Shown here one piece after another: positions 46,686 through 55,350 of a stretch of DNA of 55,350 bases. A program made the position numbers and the translations under genes. Numbering within the stretch: the first letter of the stretch is position 1; each line of letters opens with the position of its first letter. The notes beneath the pieces were generated by a model, which was given only the letters and a program-made list of their open reading frames with translations, was not told the origin of the DNA and did no database searches. The DNA lies in contig CAYMAQ010000003.1 in the NCBI GenBank assembly GCA_964388385.1, forward strand, positions 1-55,350, read 5' to 3'. The DNA is from an uncultured Anaerolineales bacterium. GTDB lineage: Bacteria > Chloroflexota > Anaerolineae > B4-G1 > SLSP01.

Positions 46686-49600
46686 CGTCCTATGCTCCTG
46701 AGATGCTCGGGGGTCATCACCAGAGCGATACGCCCACCGGGAGAACGTACGAGCTGGTGCGCTAGTCTCTCAAAGAGGCCTGAACGATCCGCTGCCGATG
46801 GATGCACATCATCCGATCTCGAAACGGACAGAGACCCCACATGACGACCATGCTCAGGTCCAATCGTTGGAGGGCTGCCGATGACGACGTCAAATCCCGG
46901 GCGCACACCGTTCTCTGCGTGCCTGGGATCGTGGAAAACCTCCGGGAATACCAGATCCCAATGGATGAAGCCCTCTTGGATGCTCAGTTCCTCAGCACGG
47001 ATCAAGGCCCGATTCCACGCCGTCGGCCTTGATTCAACCGGTTGGTCGAGGAACCGCACAACATCAGACGCTCTTTGCAACAATCGAGTGACGTCCTCAT
47101 TTCCAACAAACTGGCTTAACCAGAGATCAAGAGCTGCCCTCTCCAGAGGCAGGGACTCTCTAGGGTCATCCAACCGTGAAATCCGTGCCCCCAATGAGGA
47201 AACCCCACCCATCATATCAAGATCGTGCTTTGATGGGAAGTCCAAATCCTGCAGACGTCCACCGAGAAGACTGTTACCCCGGCACAGGTGGCTCCCAAAT
47301 TGCATCTCCCCCCCTCCTCTCGCAAAGGCCCACAGGGAGAGATTAGCTTTTGCCAGGCTCACCGCGATCGGATCGATATCGACGCCATAGATGCACATCT
47401 TGGCGACCCGAGAGGCAATGAGGGCCAAGTCGTCGGGCCAACCGGGACGGAGGTTTAAGCCCAGACTCGACATTCGATGGCGAACGCGGTGCCGATCCGC
47501 AACCAGAGCCCGCAAAATCGGGTTCCAGGATTCAGGAAAATCGGGATGGGTTCGACAATAAGTTTGATACTGCGCAACCGCCCAATCGGTAATGACGTCC
47601 GCCGCTGCAATGAGAAAATGACCAGCCCCCATAGCCGGATCCAGGATCCGCACTCCCAGCAGCGCTTGCTCGGCAAGGTCTTCCGCTTTCGCAATGCGGG
47701 CCTGGACCGCAGGAGACTCACGATCCAAACGCCCTTCGCTCGTGCTCTGCTGCAGACGCATCAACTGATCCATGGCCTTCTCAAAATCCAGCGCCCGGGC
47801 CGAAAGAATCGGTCCTAACGCATCTTCGACAGTGGAGATAACCACGTAATCAGCCGTCGACTTTTCCGCGATTGCCCTTGGCTCGGTATGATTATCGAAC
47901 CAGGTGACTTCCCCGAGTGCGGCGTCGACGACCCACAATGCATTCTGTAGGAGTTCCCCACCGACCATACAGAGATGGCGCAAATCCATAGCAGCAAACA
48001 CGCTCTCGACCTCGCCCTCCACTGACAAAGTGTGTAGAACTTGGGCGATCACGTGGTCGCTCAATCGATGCCGTTCCAAAAAGGCGTGACTGGGCTCGGT
48101 TGCACCGAACAAGCCTCCCTCAATGCGTAAAAGCCCCAGCTCTGGAGCCCCATGGTCGAGTCGACGGAAAAGAGAACACACAGCATCATAACGCGGCGTG
48201 TTCGCTATCGAGGCGCTGAGCGGCGCACCACGGCGAATCATGTGCTCAGCCCAGTGTGCCAACGTCGTTAAACTCGAGGCGCGATAAGCCGCGTTATCCA
48301 TAGGAAGCAGGCGGCGAGTCTCTGCGTAGAGAACAACCAGTAATTTATAGACCATCGACAAACTCGCCCGTCCCACTTCCTGAAGAGAAGCGTCATTCTC
48401 TTCTCGTACAGAGAGTACTTGGTGACGATAGGCGACAAATCCCCCCGCGATCTTCGGCAGCACACGGTCCAAAACCAGATCCCGCAGTCGCTTTACCTTT
48501 CGCCTCGTCCTGCTCGCGAACGTTTCCTGGAGTATTTCGATGAGCGCTCGCCCCTCCGGAGTGCGCACATAGGTATCCCTTCGACACAACAACCACCAGC
48601 GTTGAAAAGCCCTCCACGCTTCTTGGGAAATTTCCCCCGTGGATGCCATCTGATCGATAACCGGGGTCAGGTCAACCTCATAAAACTCCGCGGCGGTGCT
48701 GCCGATGTCGGGATTTCCCCATCGGCGACTGTACAAACGCCATCGCCTTCCATCAGTGACCCCACCCCATCGCACGTCACCCAACGTCAAATCGGCGATA
48801 GTGTTCAGGGCAAGTTCGTCAAACTCGTGAGAAGCCTCTCCAGGATCCGTATTGAAAGAAAGCCCGGTGTTCAAAACCATGGGCGCAGACAGATTATCGG
48901 TTTTTCCATCCTGGAGAGAGTGCCGCAGGGCTTGCTGCTGCTCATCACTGATGCACAGAGCCCACCGGGCATAAACATCTCCACGATTTCGATCGCAACC
49001 TGTGGAATCGGGATCCGTGATTTTTTGCAGACGGAGAGGTTGCCAGCCCAAAGCATCGAGTAGGGGTTGGACAAAGCACGTCTGGATGTCTTCCGGGAGG
49101 CACGCACTCTCCGAGTTCGACGCTGGCTGCCACAGTGAGCAAAACGTAGACAGCATAGACCGAGCCCTTTTCTCCCAATCCAGATGCTCGGACCATAGTT
49201 CCTCGAGGCTATCATCGGGGAGGAAATGAAGCGGACGGATCTGCGGAACCGTTGCGAGATGCGACATAGAATCCGGAGGGACTGCAGGAGACGCGGGGAA
49301 CGTGTCGGGATCGAGGTCGCGAATATCCGAAAGGTTGAGCCAGGGTGCCTCTTCCCGCAGGGCGTCTCCGTGCGTAGCAAGCACACCGTGGACCAGAGAG
49401 TCTGGAACCGCAAAACTCAGATCTCCGTCAGGATTTGGCGTCGAAAATGGCGCCGGGGATTGCGTCGCAACACACCGCCGAGATCCATCCCGCATCTCGA
49501 GATCAACGACAGCGAACCCACCTTGCCTGGGGTTCCCCCCCTCACGAACCTCCACAACGCGGGCCACATCCCCATCGATACCCACCCAATCACCAGCTTC

Positions 49601-49750
49601 AAACCGGCTTTCAGGTTGGAAAGGTCGGAGATTGCCTGGAATAGGAGCGTGCTGACGCACGTGATCCCACAGGATCTGTCGAACCGTTTTGAGAGGATCG
49701 GTTGCAGGATCGCATCGCTGTAAAGCTTGTATCAGGAACTCGGAATCCAT
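46682..49750 (-). CDS. P2: Eco57I/PglX-like (COG1002-type) N6-adenine DNA methyltransferase homolog; motif IV is SPPT, no C-terminal TRD
   Basis: 1022 aa. FVQPLLDALGW; WGGVTDGRRWRLY; LVVLYAETRRLLP; motif I ILDPAMGAGHFL (47612-47647); IYGVDIDPIAVSL; CRGNSLLG; FIHWDLVFPEVF...GFDVVIGSPPT (SPPT at 46865-46876). Colinear with P1. Confidence 0.8.
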   Translation of the reverse strand: MDSEFLIQALQRCDPATDPLKTVRQILWDHVRQHAPIPGNLRPFQPESRFEAGDWVGIDGDVARVVEVREGGNPRQGGFAVVDLEMRDGSRRCVATQSPAPFSTPNPDGDLSFAVPDSLVHGVLATHGDALREEAPWLNLSDIRDLDPDTFPASPAVPPDSMSHLATVPQIRPLHFLPDDSLEELWSEHLDWEKRARSMLSTFCSLWQPASNSESACLPEDIQTCFVQPLLDALGWQPLRLQKITDPDSTGCDRNRGDVYARWALCISDEQQQALRHSLQDGKTDNLSAPMVLNTGLSFNTDPGEASHEFDELALNTIADLTLGDVRWGGVTDGRRWRLYSRRWGNPDIGSTAAEFYEVDLTPVIDQMASTGEISQEAWRAFQRWWLLCRRDTYVRTPEGRALIEILQETFASRTRRKVKRLRDLVLDRVLPKIAGGFVAYRHQVLSVREENDASLQEVGRASLSMVYKLLVVLYAETRRLLPMDNAAYRASSLTTLAHWAEHMIRRGAPLSASIANTPRYDAVCSLFRRLDHGAPELGLLRIEGGLFGATEPSHAFLERHRLSDHVIAQVLHTLSVEGEVESVFAAMDLRHLCMVGGELLQNALWVVDAALGEVTWFDNHTEPRAIAEKSTADYVVISTVEDALGPILSARALDFEKAMDQLMRLQQSTSEGRLDRESPAVQARIAKAEDLAEQALLGVRILDPAMGAGHFLIAAADVITDWAVAQYQTYCRTHPDFPESWNPILRALVADRHRVRHRMSSLGLNLRPGWPDDLALIASRVAKMCIYGVDIDPIAVSLAKANLSLWAFARGGGEMQFGSHLCRGNSLLGGRLQDLDFPSKHDLDMMGGVSSLGARISRLDDPRESLPLERAALDLWLSQFVGNEDVTRLLQRASDVVRFLDQPVESRPTAWNRALIRAEELSIQEGFIHWDLVFPEVFHDPRHAENGVRPGFDVVIGSPPTIGPEHGRHVGSLSVSRSDDVHPSAADRSGLFERLAHQLVRSPGGRIALVMTPEHLRSIGR

Positions 49751-49837
49751 CGTAACCCTATGGGATTGAGAGAAGAAGGAAACCTGCTTGAATGACGACT
49801 GCCATCAGGATCGGGAACCCACACTTCGTTGAGTGCG

Positions 49838-49866
49838 AGTATACCATTGCTTATCAAAGCCGCAAA
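49838..49866 (-). promoter_or_regulatory. Candidate extended -10 promoter for the P2-S2(-P1-S1) genes
   Basis: On the minus strand: TTTGCG, 17-nt spacer, TATACT with an upstream TG (TGGTATACT, the same extended -10 as the tRNA promoter). About 85 nt upstream of the P2 ATG. Confidence 0.35.
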
Positions 49867-49919
49867 TTTGGGTGGCCCGGAGTCGGTCTCGTAGACAAAA
49901 AGATATCCAGCAGACGGAG

Positions 49920-51122
49920 TTAATCTTCCGTTTCTGCGCTCTGCCGTGTTTCCTCCTCGGGGGGCTTCGCAAAACGTCGCTCCTCAAAGCTGATCGTCCC
50001 GTTATTGACGTGAATGATCGCCATGGATTTGATGGGATTGTGCATTTCATCGAAAGTCAGCCACCCAGATACCGTATCAAAAGAGGACGTCTCGAGGATC
50101 TGGCTCACACCGTAAGGATCAGGATAACCTGCAGCCTCAACAGCCGCAAAGAGCACGTTAGCCGTGTCGTAAGCCAGCGTAGCCAATGTATCCGGGGGAA
50201 CAAGATAGCGGGTCTCATACAGGGAAGACCATGTTGCGACGACCGATCGCGGCTCCGAAACGAAATAATGAACCGGAAAATAGCTGTCGTCAACGGCGCT
50301 CACGTCCAGGACGGGGGACTCCCATCCATCGCTGCCCACAATCGGTTGGAACATTCCAAAGGTCCGCGCCTGAGGCACCAATCTGTTGATCACAGAATAA
50401 TAACCGGGCAGATAAAGTACGTCAGGATCGGCTTCACGTATCGGCTCCAAGACATCATAGAACTGCGAGGCATTCTGATCGTAAGTCTCTCGTGCGATCA
50501 CCTCGCCACCCTCGCCCTCGAAAGCTCCCCTGAAAGCAGCAACCAGCGCCGAGCCATAGCCCCCTTGTTCCGCATAGAGAATACCAGCCGTCTCCGCGCC
50601 CAACGTGTCCGCGGCGAACTTGGCAGCGATGACACCCTGGTCGGGATCGGTGACCGGTATCCTGAAGACCAAGGGGCGTAAGGAGCCCGCGGCATCCTCG
50701 GTCAAATCGGCATCCACTGAGGCGGGACTTATCTGCAGAACCCCGGCCTCTGAGGCAATTTGTGCGACACCTTCGGAGGCGTCCGCGCAAACAGCGCCGA
50801 TAATAAACAACATCCCCTCGTCATTGATGACCGACTGCGCCGCAGATCGAGCGGTCTGATAATCACATGCGCTGTCTTCCAGGACAACCCGTACCGGCTG
50901 GCCTAATACTCCCCCACGCTCGTTCTGAGCTTCAACCGCGAGCAAAATCCCATTTCGCACCGACTGTCCGAGACTGCCGTATGGATCGCCGAAAGGTGCA
51001 ATGACCGCAAACTCGAAAGCACTGGTTTGCGGCTCGCCCCCAAACAATCCGCAGGCAGACAGAGTCCATACAAATAGACAGAGAACCAGCACAGCGACCC
51101 GTGTAGAGCATCTCGAGTGCAA
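49920..51122 (-). CDS. Branched-chain amino-acid ABC transporter substrate-binding lipoprotein (LivJ/K-like)
   Basis: Periplasmic-binding-protein type I pattern. I chose the TTG start at 51122, 6 nt after GGGAGG, which gives the lipoprotein signal MHSRCSTRVAVLVLCLFVWTLSAC. The ORF-track start at 51182 abuts a terminator. Confidence 0.75.
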   Translation of the reverse strand: MHSRCSTRVAVLVLCLFVWTLSACGLFGGEPQTSAFEFAVIAPFGDPYGSLGQSVRNGILLAVEAQNERGGVLGQPVRVVLEDSACDYQTARSAAQSVINDEGMLFIIGAVCADASEGVAQIASEAGVLQISPASVDADLTEDAAGSLRPLVFRIPVTDPDQGVIAAKFAADTLGAETAGILYAEQGGYGSALVAAFRGAFEGEGGEVIARETYDQNASQFYDVLEPIREADPDVLYLPGYYSVINRLVPQARTFGMFQPIVGSDGWESPVLDVSAVDDSYFPVHYFVSEPRSVVATWSSLYETRYLVPPDTLATLAYDTANVLFAAVEAAGYPDPYGVSQILETSSFDTVSGWLTFDEMHNPIKSMAIIHVNNGTISFEERRFAKPPEEETRQSAETED

Positions 51123-51189
51123 AATCAACCTCCCTGGGTCTCGATCAAAAACTTCCAAGAGCGAGTGTGAATGACAAAGCAAAGGACCT

Positions 51190-51227
51190 CAAAAGAAAAG
51201 AGCGGGAGGATCAGAAACCCTCCCGCC
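51190..51227 (-). terminator. Intrinsic terminator/attenuator between livF and the binding-protein gene
   Basis: On the minus strand: GCGGGAGG-loop-CCTCCCGC followed by CTTTTCTTTT. Confidence 0.6.
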
Positions 51228-51248
51228 AGAATCAATCCCCCAATACCG

Positions 51249-51959
51249 TTAACCGCCGAGATAAGCAGCCTGGACACTTGTGTTTTCGGCAAGCTCCTTT
51301 GCAGTTCCCTCCAGTTTGATGGCACCCGTCTCCAGAACATAACCGCGATTGGCCACAGATAACGCCATATGCGCGTTCTGCTCGACCAGAAGGATGGTCA
51401 CGCCTTCCTGGTTAATCTCTTCGATAATATCGAAGATCTCTTCAACCAGGATGGGCGCCAACCCCATGGAAGGCTCGTCCATCAACAAAAGCTTAGGTTT
51501 GGCCATCAGCGCGCGGCCCACTGCCAGCATCTGTTGCTCGCCGCCAGAGAGGGTGCCCCCTGTCTGTTCGAGCCGCTCCTTCATCCGGGGAAACAACTGG
51601 AACACATAATCCAGCGATGCCCGTATCTCGTCAGGATCGTTACGTGTATAAGCACCCATATCCAGGTTTTCACGGACGGTCAACGGCGAGAAAATCCGGC
51701 GCCCTTCGGGAACTTGAATGACGCCCTTGCGCACAATGCTGCTCGCTTCAGCACCGGCAATATCTTCACCATCGTAGAAAATCGAACCGCGATCGACCGG
51801 AAGTAGCCCCGAAATGGTGCGCAGCGTTGTCGACTTACCGGCCCCGTTGGCCCCAATCAGGGTGACGACTTCTCCCTCATCCACGTGAAACGAAATCCCA
51901 TGGAGAGCCCGAATGGCCCCGTATGAGACATAAAGATCGTTAACTTCTAACAACGCCAT
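51249..51959 (-). CDS. livF: Branched-chain amino-acid ABC transporter ATP-binding protein LivF
   Basis: 236 aa. GANGAGKST Walker A, LSGGEQQML signature, LLMDEPS Walker B. Confidence 0.85.
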   Translation of the reverse strand: MALLEVNDLYVSYGAIRALHGISFHVDEGEVVTLIGANGAGKSTTLRTISGLLPVDRGSIFYDGEDIAGAEASSIVRKGVIQVPEGRRIFSPLTVRENLDMGAYTRNDPDEIRASLDYVFQLFPRMKERLEQTGGTLSGGEQQMLAVGRALMAKPKLLLMDEPSMGLAPILVEEIFDIIEEINQEGVTILLVEQNAHMALSVANRGYVLETGAIKLEGTAKELAENTSVQAAYLGG

Positions 51960-51993
51960 AGATCATCCTCTCGTTCGGCGCCCATCACAGGGA

Positions 51994-52812
51994 TTATATC
52001 GCCTGCGCGTGGCGTCCCAGATAAGCCTCCACCACCTGCGGGTCCGTACGCACCTTATCAGGCACGCCGCGGGCGATGACCTCCCCAAAATCCATCACCG
52101 TGATCCATTCACAGATGTTCATCACCAACCGCATCCGGTGCTCCACCAATAACACGGTCAAATCAAACCGGTTGCGGATGAAGTGAATAAGATCCATCAG
52201 TTCGTCGATCTCCTGCGGGTTCATACCAGCCGCTGGCTCATCAAGGATCAGGAGTTCGGGCCGGGCCGCCAGGGCCCGCGCGATCTCTAATCTTCGCTGT
52301 AAACCGTAAGGCAAGCTGCCGGCGATCTCGTTCTGACGGGATTCCAGGCCGAAAATGGACAGGAAATCCTGGGCGCGTTCGGTCATCTCCGCTTCCTTTT
52401 CCTGGAAACGACGCGTATGCAGGACCGAATCCAGCAAGCTGTAACCCGCGTGAGGATGATAGGCGATCCTCACGTTGTCCAACACCGTCAGATCCGAGAA
52501 AAGACGGATATTCTGGAATGTCCTTGCAATCCCCATCTGGATAATCTCGTGAGATGCCAGGTCCACGAGCCCAACCCCCTTATAGCGGATGTTACCCTCA
52601 CTGGGATGATAGACACCGGTAATAAGATTGAACACCGTCGTCTTACCTGCCCCATTGGGCCCGATCAAGCCGACCAGCTCCCCCTCGCGCAGAGTCAGAT
52701 CGAAATCGTGGACAGCCCTCAATCGTCCAAAGAAATGGGTGACGTCGTCAACCCTTAGCACAACCGGTCGTGATTCGACGCCAGGCGACAGGCTTTCAGG
52801 TCGCCCATTCAT
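51994..52812 (-). CDS. livG: Branched-chain amino-acid ABC transporter ATP-binding protein LivG
   Basis: 272 aa. GPNGAGKTT Walker A, LPYGLQRRLEIARAL signature variant, LILDEPAAG Walker B. 4-nt overlap with livM. Confidence 0.85.
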   Translation of the reverse strand: MNGRPESLSPGVESRPVVLRVDDVTHFFGRLRAVHDFDLTLREGELVGLIGPNGAGKTTVFNLITGVYHPSEGNIRYKGVGLVDLASHEIIQMGIARTFQNIRLFSDLTVLDNVRIAYHPHAGYSLLDSVLHTRRFQEKEAEMTERAQDFLSIFGLESRQNEIAGSLPYGLQRRLEIARALAARPELLILDEPAAGMNPQEIDELMDLIHFIRNRFDLTVLLVEHRMRLVMNICEWITVMDFGEVIARGVPDKVRTDPQVVEAYLGRHAQAI

Positions 52813-54134
52813 ACCGCCACCTCCCCTACGTCGGCCGAGCCCTCACCGGACTGGGACCCGACAGTGATCTCCGTCGACTTGTCCCGCTTCAGATCTGTCC
52901 GATCCTCGTCACCACCAAGAAGTGCGGGAATCTTCTGACGCAGATAAGCCATCTCCTGACGGCCCATAAGGCCCTCAGGGCGTAGCAACATCATAACCAG
53001 AAGAACCAGGGGGTAGACGACAAATCGCCACGTTTCAAACCCTGCAGGCAGATAGAGGCGCAACAATCCCTCGAGCAGCAAAATCCAGAAGAAGCCTGTG
53101 ATCAGTGTACCGGTCATACTTCCAAGGCCACCAAAGACCACGATGATCAAGGGATTGAAGGATTGGATAAAATTAAACGATCCAGGATGCAAGAAAGCCA
53201 GGTCGTGAGCCCGAATCCCGCCAGCCAGACCGGCAAAAACACTGCCGATGACGAAGGCCAGAACTTTGGAGTTTGCCACATCGATCCCCACCAGCTCCGC
53301 TGCCCGCTCGTCCTCCCGCACCGAGACGATCGATCGTCCGGTGCTGGAATGAAGGAGATTGCGCATCACAACGATGATGAGCATCAACGAGAAAAAGACC
53401 CAGGGCCAGGTCGTCCATTGGGGAATCCCAATCATCCCGCGGGCCCCCTTCATCTCCGGAAAAGGCAGGATTGTATCCGTGTTATCCAACAAAACCTTGA
53501 CGATGATCGTGAAACCCAATGTGGCGATGCCGAAGTAGTCGGATCCCAATTCCAGTACCGGAATGCCGAAAATGAAGCTCGCAATCCCGGCGGTCGACGC
53601 GCCGCCCAGTAATGCAATGAAGAAGACGATCGGCCTTGAGATGGGTTCGGGCAGGCCGCCCAGCCCACGCCCGATGACCGGCGAAAGAACCGGCGAAAGG
53701 AAACGCACCGCGATCCAGAAGGCCGACACGGTCGCGATCAGATAGAAGGTGAATTTGGTCATCACGTTGACCCGAAAGTAACCTCGCAGGAAGTGCCCCA
53801 CCAGGATATAGAGACCAAGGGCCAGGAGTGAGCCGAAAAGAACCACTACCAGGCCAGAGGGGTCATCGTGGGTCCATCGCCACGTGACATCGGCGGCTGT
53901 ATAGGCCCCAATTGCATAGAAAGCGTACTGCCCCAATGAAAACTGACCGTTGAACCCGTAAATCAGGTTCAGACCCAGGGCCACCATTGTGATCGCCGCG
54001 CCCCAGAAGAGAATCCCTCGCCAGAAATTGTTGAGAAAGCCCAAACTCAGGAGCAGCTGAACCACAACAAAGATAGCGAGTGCGCCTGCAAAGAAGGCGA
54101 CGCTCGGTTTGCGTAATTGTTTGAATATCTTCAT
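52809..54134 (-). CDS. livM: Branched-chain amino-acid ABC transporter permease LivM
   Basis: 441-aa polytopic protein. GQFSLGQYAFYAIGAY motif typical of LivM. Confidence 0.8.
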   Translation of the reverse strand: MKIFKQLRKPSVAFFAGALAIFVVVQLLLSLGFLNNFWRGILFWGAAITMVALGLNLIYGFNGQFSLGQYAFYAIGAYTAADVTWRWTHDDPSGLVVVLFGSLLALGLYILVGHFLRGYFRVNVMTKFTFYLIATVSAFWIAVRFLSPVLSPVIGRGLGGLPEPISRPIVFFIALLGGASTAGIASFIFGIPVLELGSDYFGIATLGFTIIVKVLLDNTDTILPFPEMKGARGMIGIPQWTTWPWVFFSLMLIIVVMRNLLHSSTGRSIVSVREDERAAELVGIDVANSKVLAFVIGSVFAGLAGGIRAHDLAFLHPGSFNFIQSFNPLIIVVFGGLGSMTGTLITGFFWILLLEGLLRLYLPAGFETWRFVVYPLVLLVMMLLRPEGLMGRQEMAYLRQKIPALLGGDEDRTDLKRDKSTEITVGSQSGEGSADVGEVAV

Positions 54135-54142
54135 ACCTCCAC

Positions 54143-55327
54143 CTACACCTTCTCTGCCGGCGGCTCACCAAAAATACCTTGCGGCCACACCAAAAGCACG
54201 ATGATTAAGAGGGAAAAAGCGATAGCGTCCCGCATCGGCGTCGAGATAAAGCCGGCGGCGAGCACCTCGGTCTGTCCCATAATGAGCGAACCCACAAACG
54301 CCCCCGGAATGCTGCCAATCCCTCCGATCACCGCTGCGACGAACGCCTTAAGTCCCGGGATGATGCCCATCAAGTGATGAACCTGTTTGTAGGCAGTCGC
54401 ATAGAGCACACCAGCCGCGCCGGCCAGCCCACCTCCCAACGCAAAAGTCGAGGCGATCACTAAGTCCACATTGATCCCCATCAATCGCGCGGCAGGCTTA
54501 TCATAGGCCGCTGCCCGCATCGCCTTGCCCAGGCGTGTGCTGCTGACCACATACTGGAGCAGTACCTGCAGCAAAATCGATGCGCTCATAATCACCAGCG
54601 TCACATTGGAGGCTGAGAGATCCCAAACTTTCCCCCCGGTCTCGATCTGTAAGCCGGCTAACGTCAGCACGACCCCCAGAAACCCACCGAATTGCAGGCC
54701 GAAGAGTAAAAGTGGATGGCGGGCCCGTGCTTGCGCGCGGGGATCACCCCGGCGACCCCGAATGTAGAATACAACGTAGAGCAACAGCGAGACCGCAAAA
54801 ACGCTCCACATCACCATCATCAACAGAGGTGAGACGGTCCCCGCCGTATAGACTTCGACCTCGAAAGGCCGGGGATACGTGATGTAGTTGTTGGTATACG
54901 AGAACGGCAGCGCCCCAAAATACTCGAGAAAGAAAGAGACACCGACGGCGGTAATCAGGGACGCGATCCTCGGCTTGTTGCGCAATGGGCGGTAAGCAAA
55001 TCGCTCGATCACGACGGCTAGCGCACCGGAAATCACCATAGCCATACCGATAACGGTCACGGTGCCCACGATCACAGCCAACCTCTCGGGAACCCCGGGT
55101 GCGACCCAGGTCAGCCAGCGGTGCACTCCCAGCGTGCCGATCGTGTAAAAACTTGTGAACGCTCCAATCATAAAGATATCGCCGTGGGCAAAGTTGATCA
55201 ACTTCACGATCCCGTAAATCATTGTATAACCCAGGGCAATCAGGGCGTAGATAAAGCCTAACTGCAATCCGTTTAAGACCTGTTGAACGAAAACGCTTGG
55301 ATTCTGCCAAAGCGCCCGACCGAGCAC
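54143..55327 (-). CDS. livH: Branched-chain amino-acid ABC transporter permease LivH
   Basis: QQVLNGLQLGFIYALIALGYTMIYG N-terminal signature. GTG start at 55327, but the frame stays open to the window edge, so the start is uncertain. Confidence 0.75.
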   Translation of the reverse strand: MLGRALWQNPSVFVQQVLNGLQLGFIYALIALGYTMIYGIVKLINFAHGDIFMIGAFTSFYTIGTLGVHRWLTWVAPGVPERLAVIVGTVTVIGMAMVISGALAVVIERFAYRPLRNKPRIASLITAVGVSFFLEYFGALPFSYTNNYITYPRPFEVEVYTAGTVSPLLMMVMWSVFAVSLLLYVVFYIRGRRGDPRAQARARHPLLLFGLQFGGFLGVVLTLAGLQIETGGKVWDLSASNVTLVIMSASILLQVLLQYVVSSTRLGKAMRAAAYDKPAARLMGINVDLVIASTFALGGGLAGAAGVLYATAYKQVHHLMGIIPGLKAFVAAVIGGIGSIPGAFVGSLIMGQTEVLAAGFISTPMRDAIAFSLLIIVLLVWPQGIFGEPPAEKV

Positions 55328-55350
55328 AAAGAGAATCAGCAGACCTCCCA

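Noticed and set aside
41217-49750. Annotating the methyltransferase-like pairs as BREX (PglX), DISARM (DrmMI) or a standard type IIG R-M system.
   Set aside because: The window has no PglZ, BrxA/B/C/L, DrmA/B/C, helicase or specificity gene. The catalytic tetrapeptides are degenerate and the C-terminal TRD is missing, so none of these labels fits.
1-55350. CRISPR arrays, rRNA genes, IS elements, and retron or DGR reverse transcriptases.
   Set aside because: I saw no regularly spaced direct repeats with unique spacers, no rRNA-like conserved stretches, and no ORF with transposase, integrase or RT motifs in the six-frame track.

Overview
GC-rich bacterial chromosomal segment with dense coding. 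No transposase, integrase, CRISPR array or rRNA is visible. Gene content (tandem LCP ligases, RNase J, strong GGAGG ribosome-binding sites, a SARP-STAND regulator) suggests a monoderm, possibly Chloroflexota-like organism; this is inference only. Layout from left to right: (1) 29-5057, minus strand: a PadR-headed cluster of NifX-like domain proteins, a small Zn-ribbon protein, an MBL hydrolase and two MinD-type ATPases with 4Fe-4S inserts. (2) 5137-12967: envelope genes (GT-C-like membrane protein, two LCP paralogs, GT4) and RNase J. (3) 13156-17372: a small ORF, a 1139-aa SARP/BTAD-AAA-TPR regulator and tRNA-Glu with its own promoter and terminator. (4) 17392-23062: an sbcD-sbcC-nurA-like operon. 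(5) 23663-41069: housekeeping and catabolic genes (PHP-like hydrolase, RseP-type protease, HEAT protein, Zn-peptidase, atypical Hsp70, ComEA-like and coiled-coil membrane proteins, rlmH, two URO-D family proteins, YdcF, VOC, GH127, amidohydrolase). (6) 41217-49750: the most unusual region. It holds a tandemly duplicated two-gene module. Each copy encodes a >1000-aa Eco57I/PglX-like N6-adenine methyltransferase homolog whose catalytic (D/N/S)PP(Y/F/W) tetrapeptide is degenerate (QVPK and SPPT) and whose C-terminal target-recognition region is missing. Each is tightly coupled to a ~320-350-aa partner protein that I cannot assign to any family. (7) 49920-55327: a liv-type branched-chain amino-acid ABC operon. 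Separately, a ~80-95-nt intergenic element with a covarying hairpin occurs at least 4 times, plus one diverged copy, always in the same orientation. I cannot match it to any RNA family I know.
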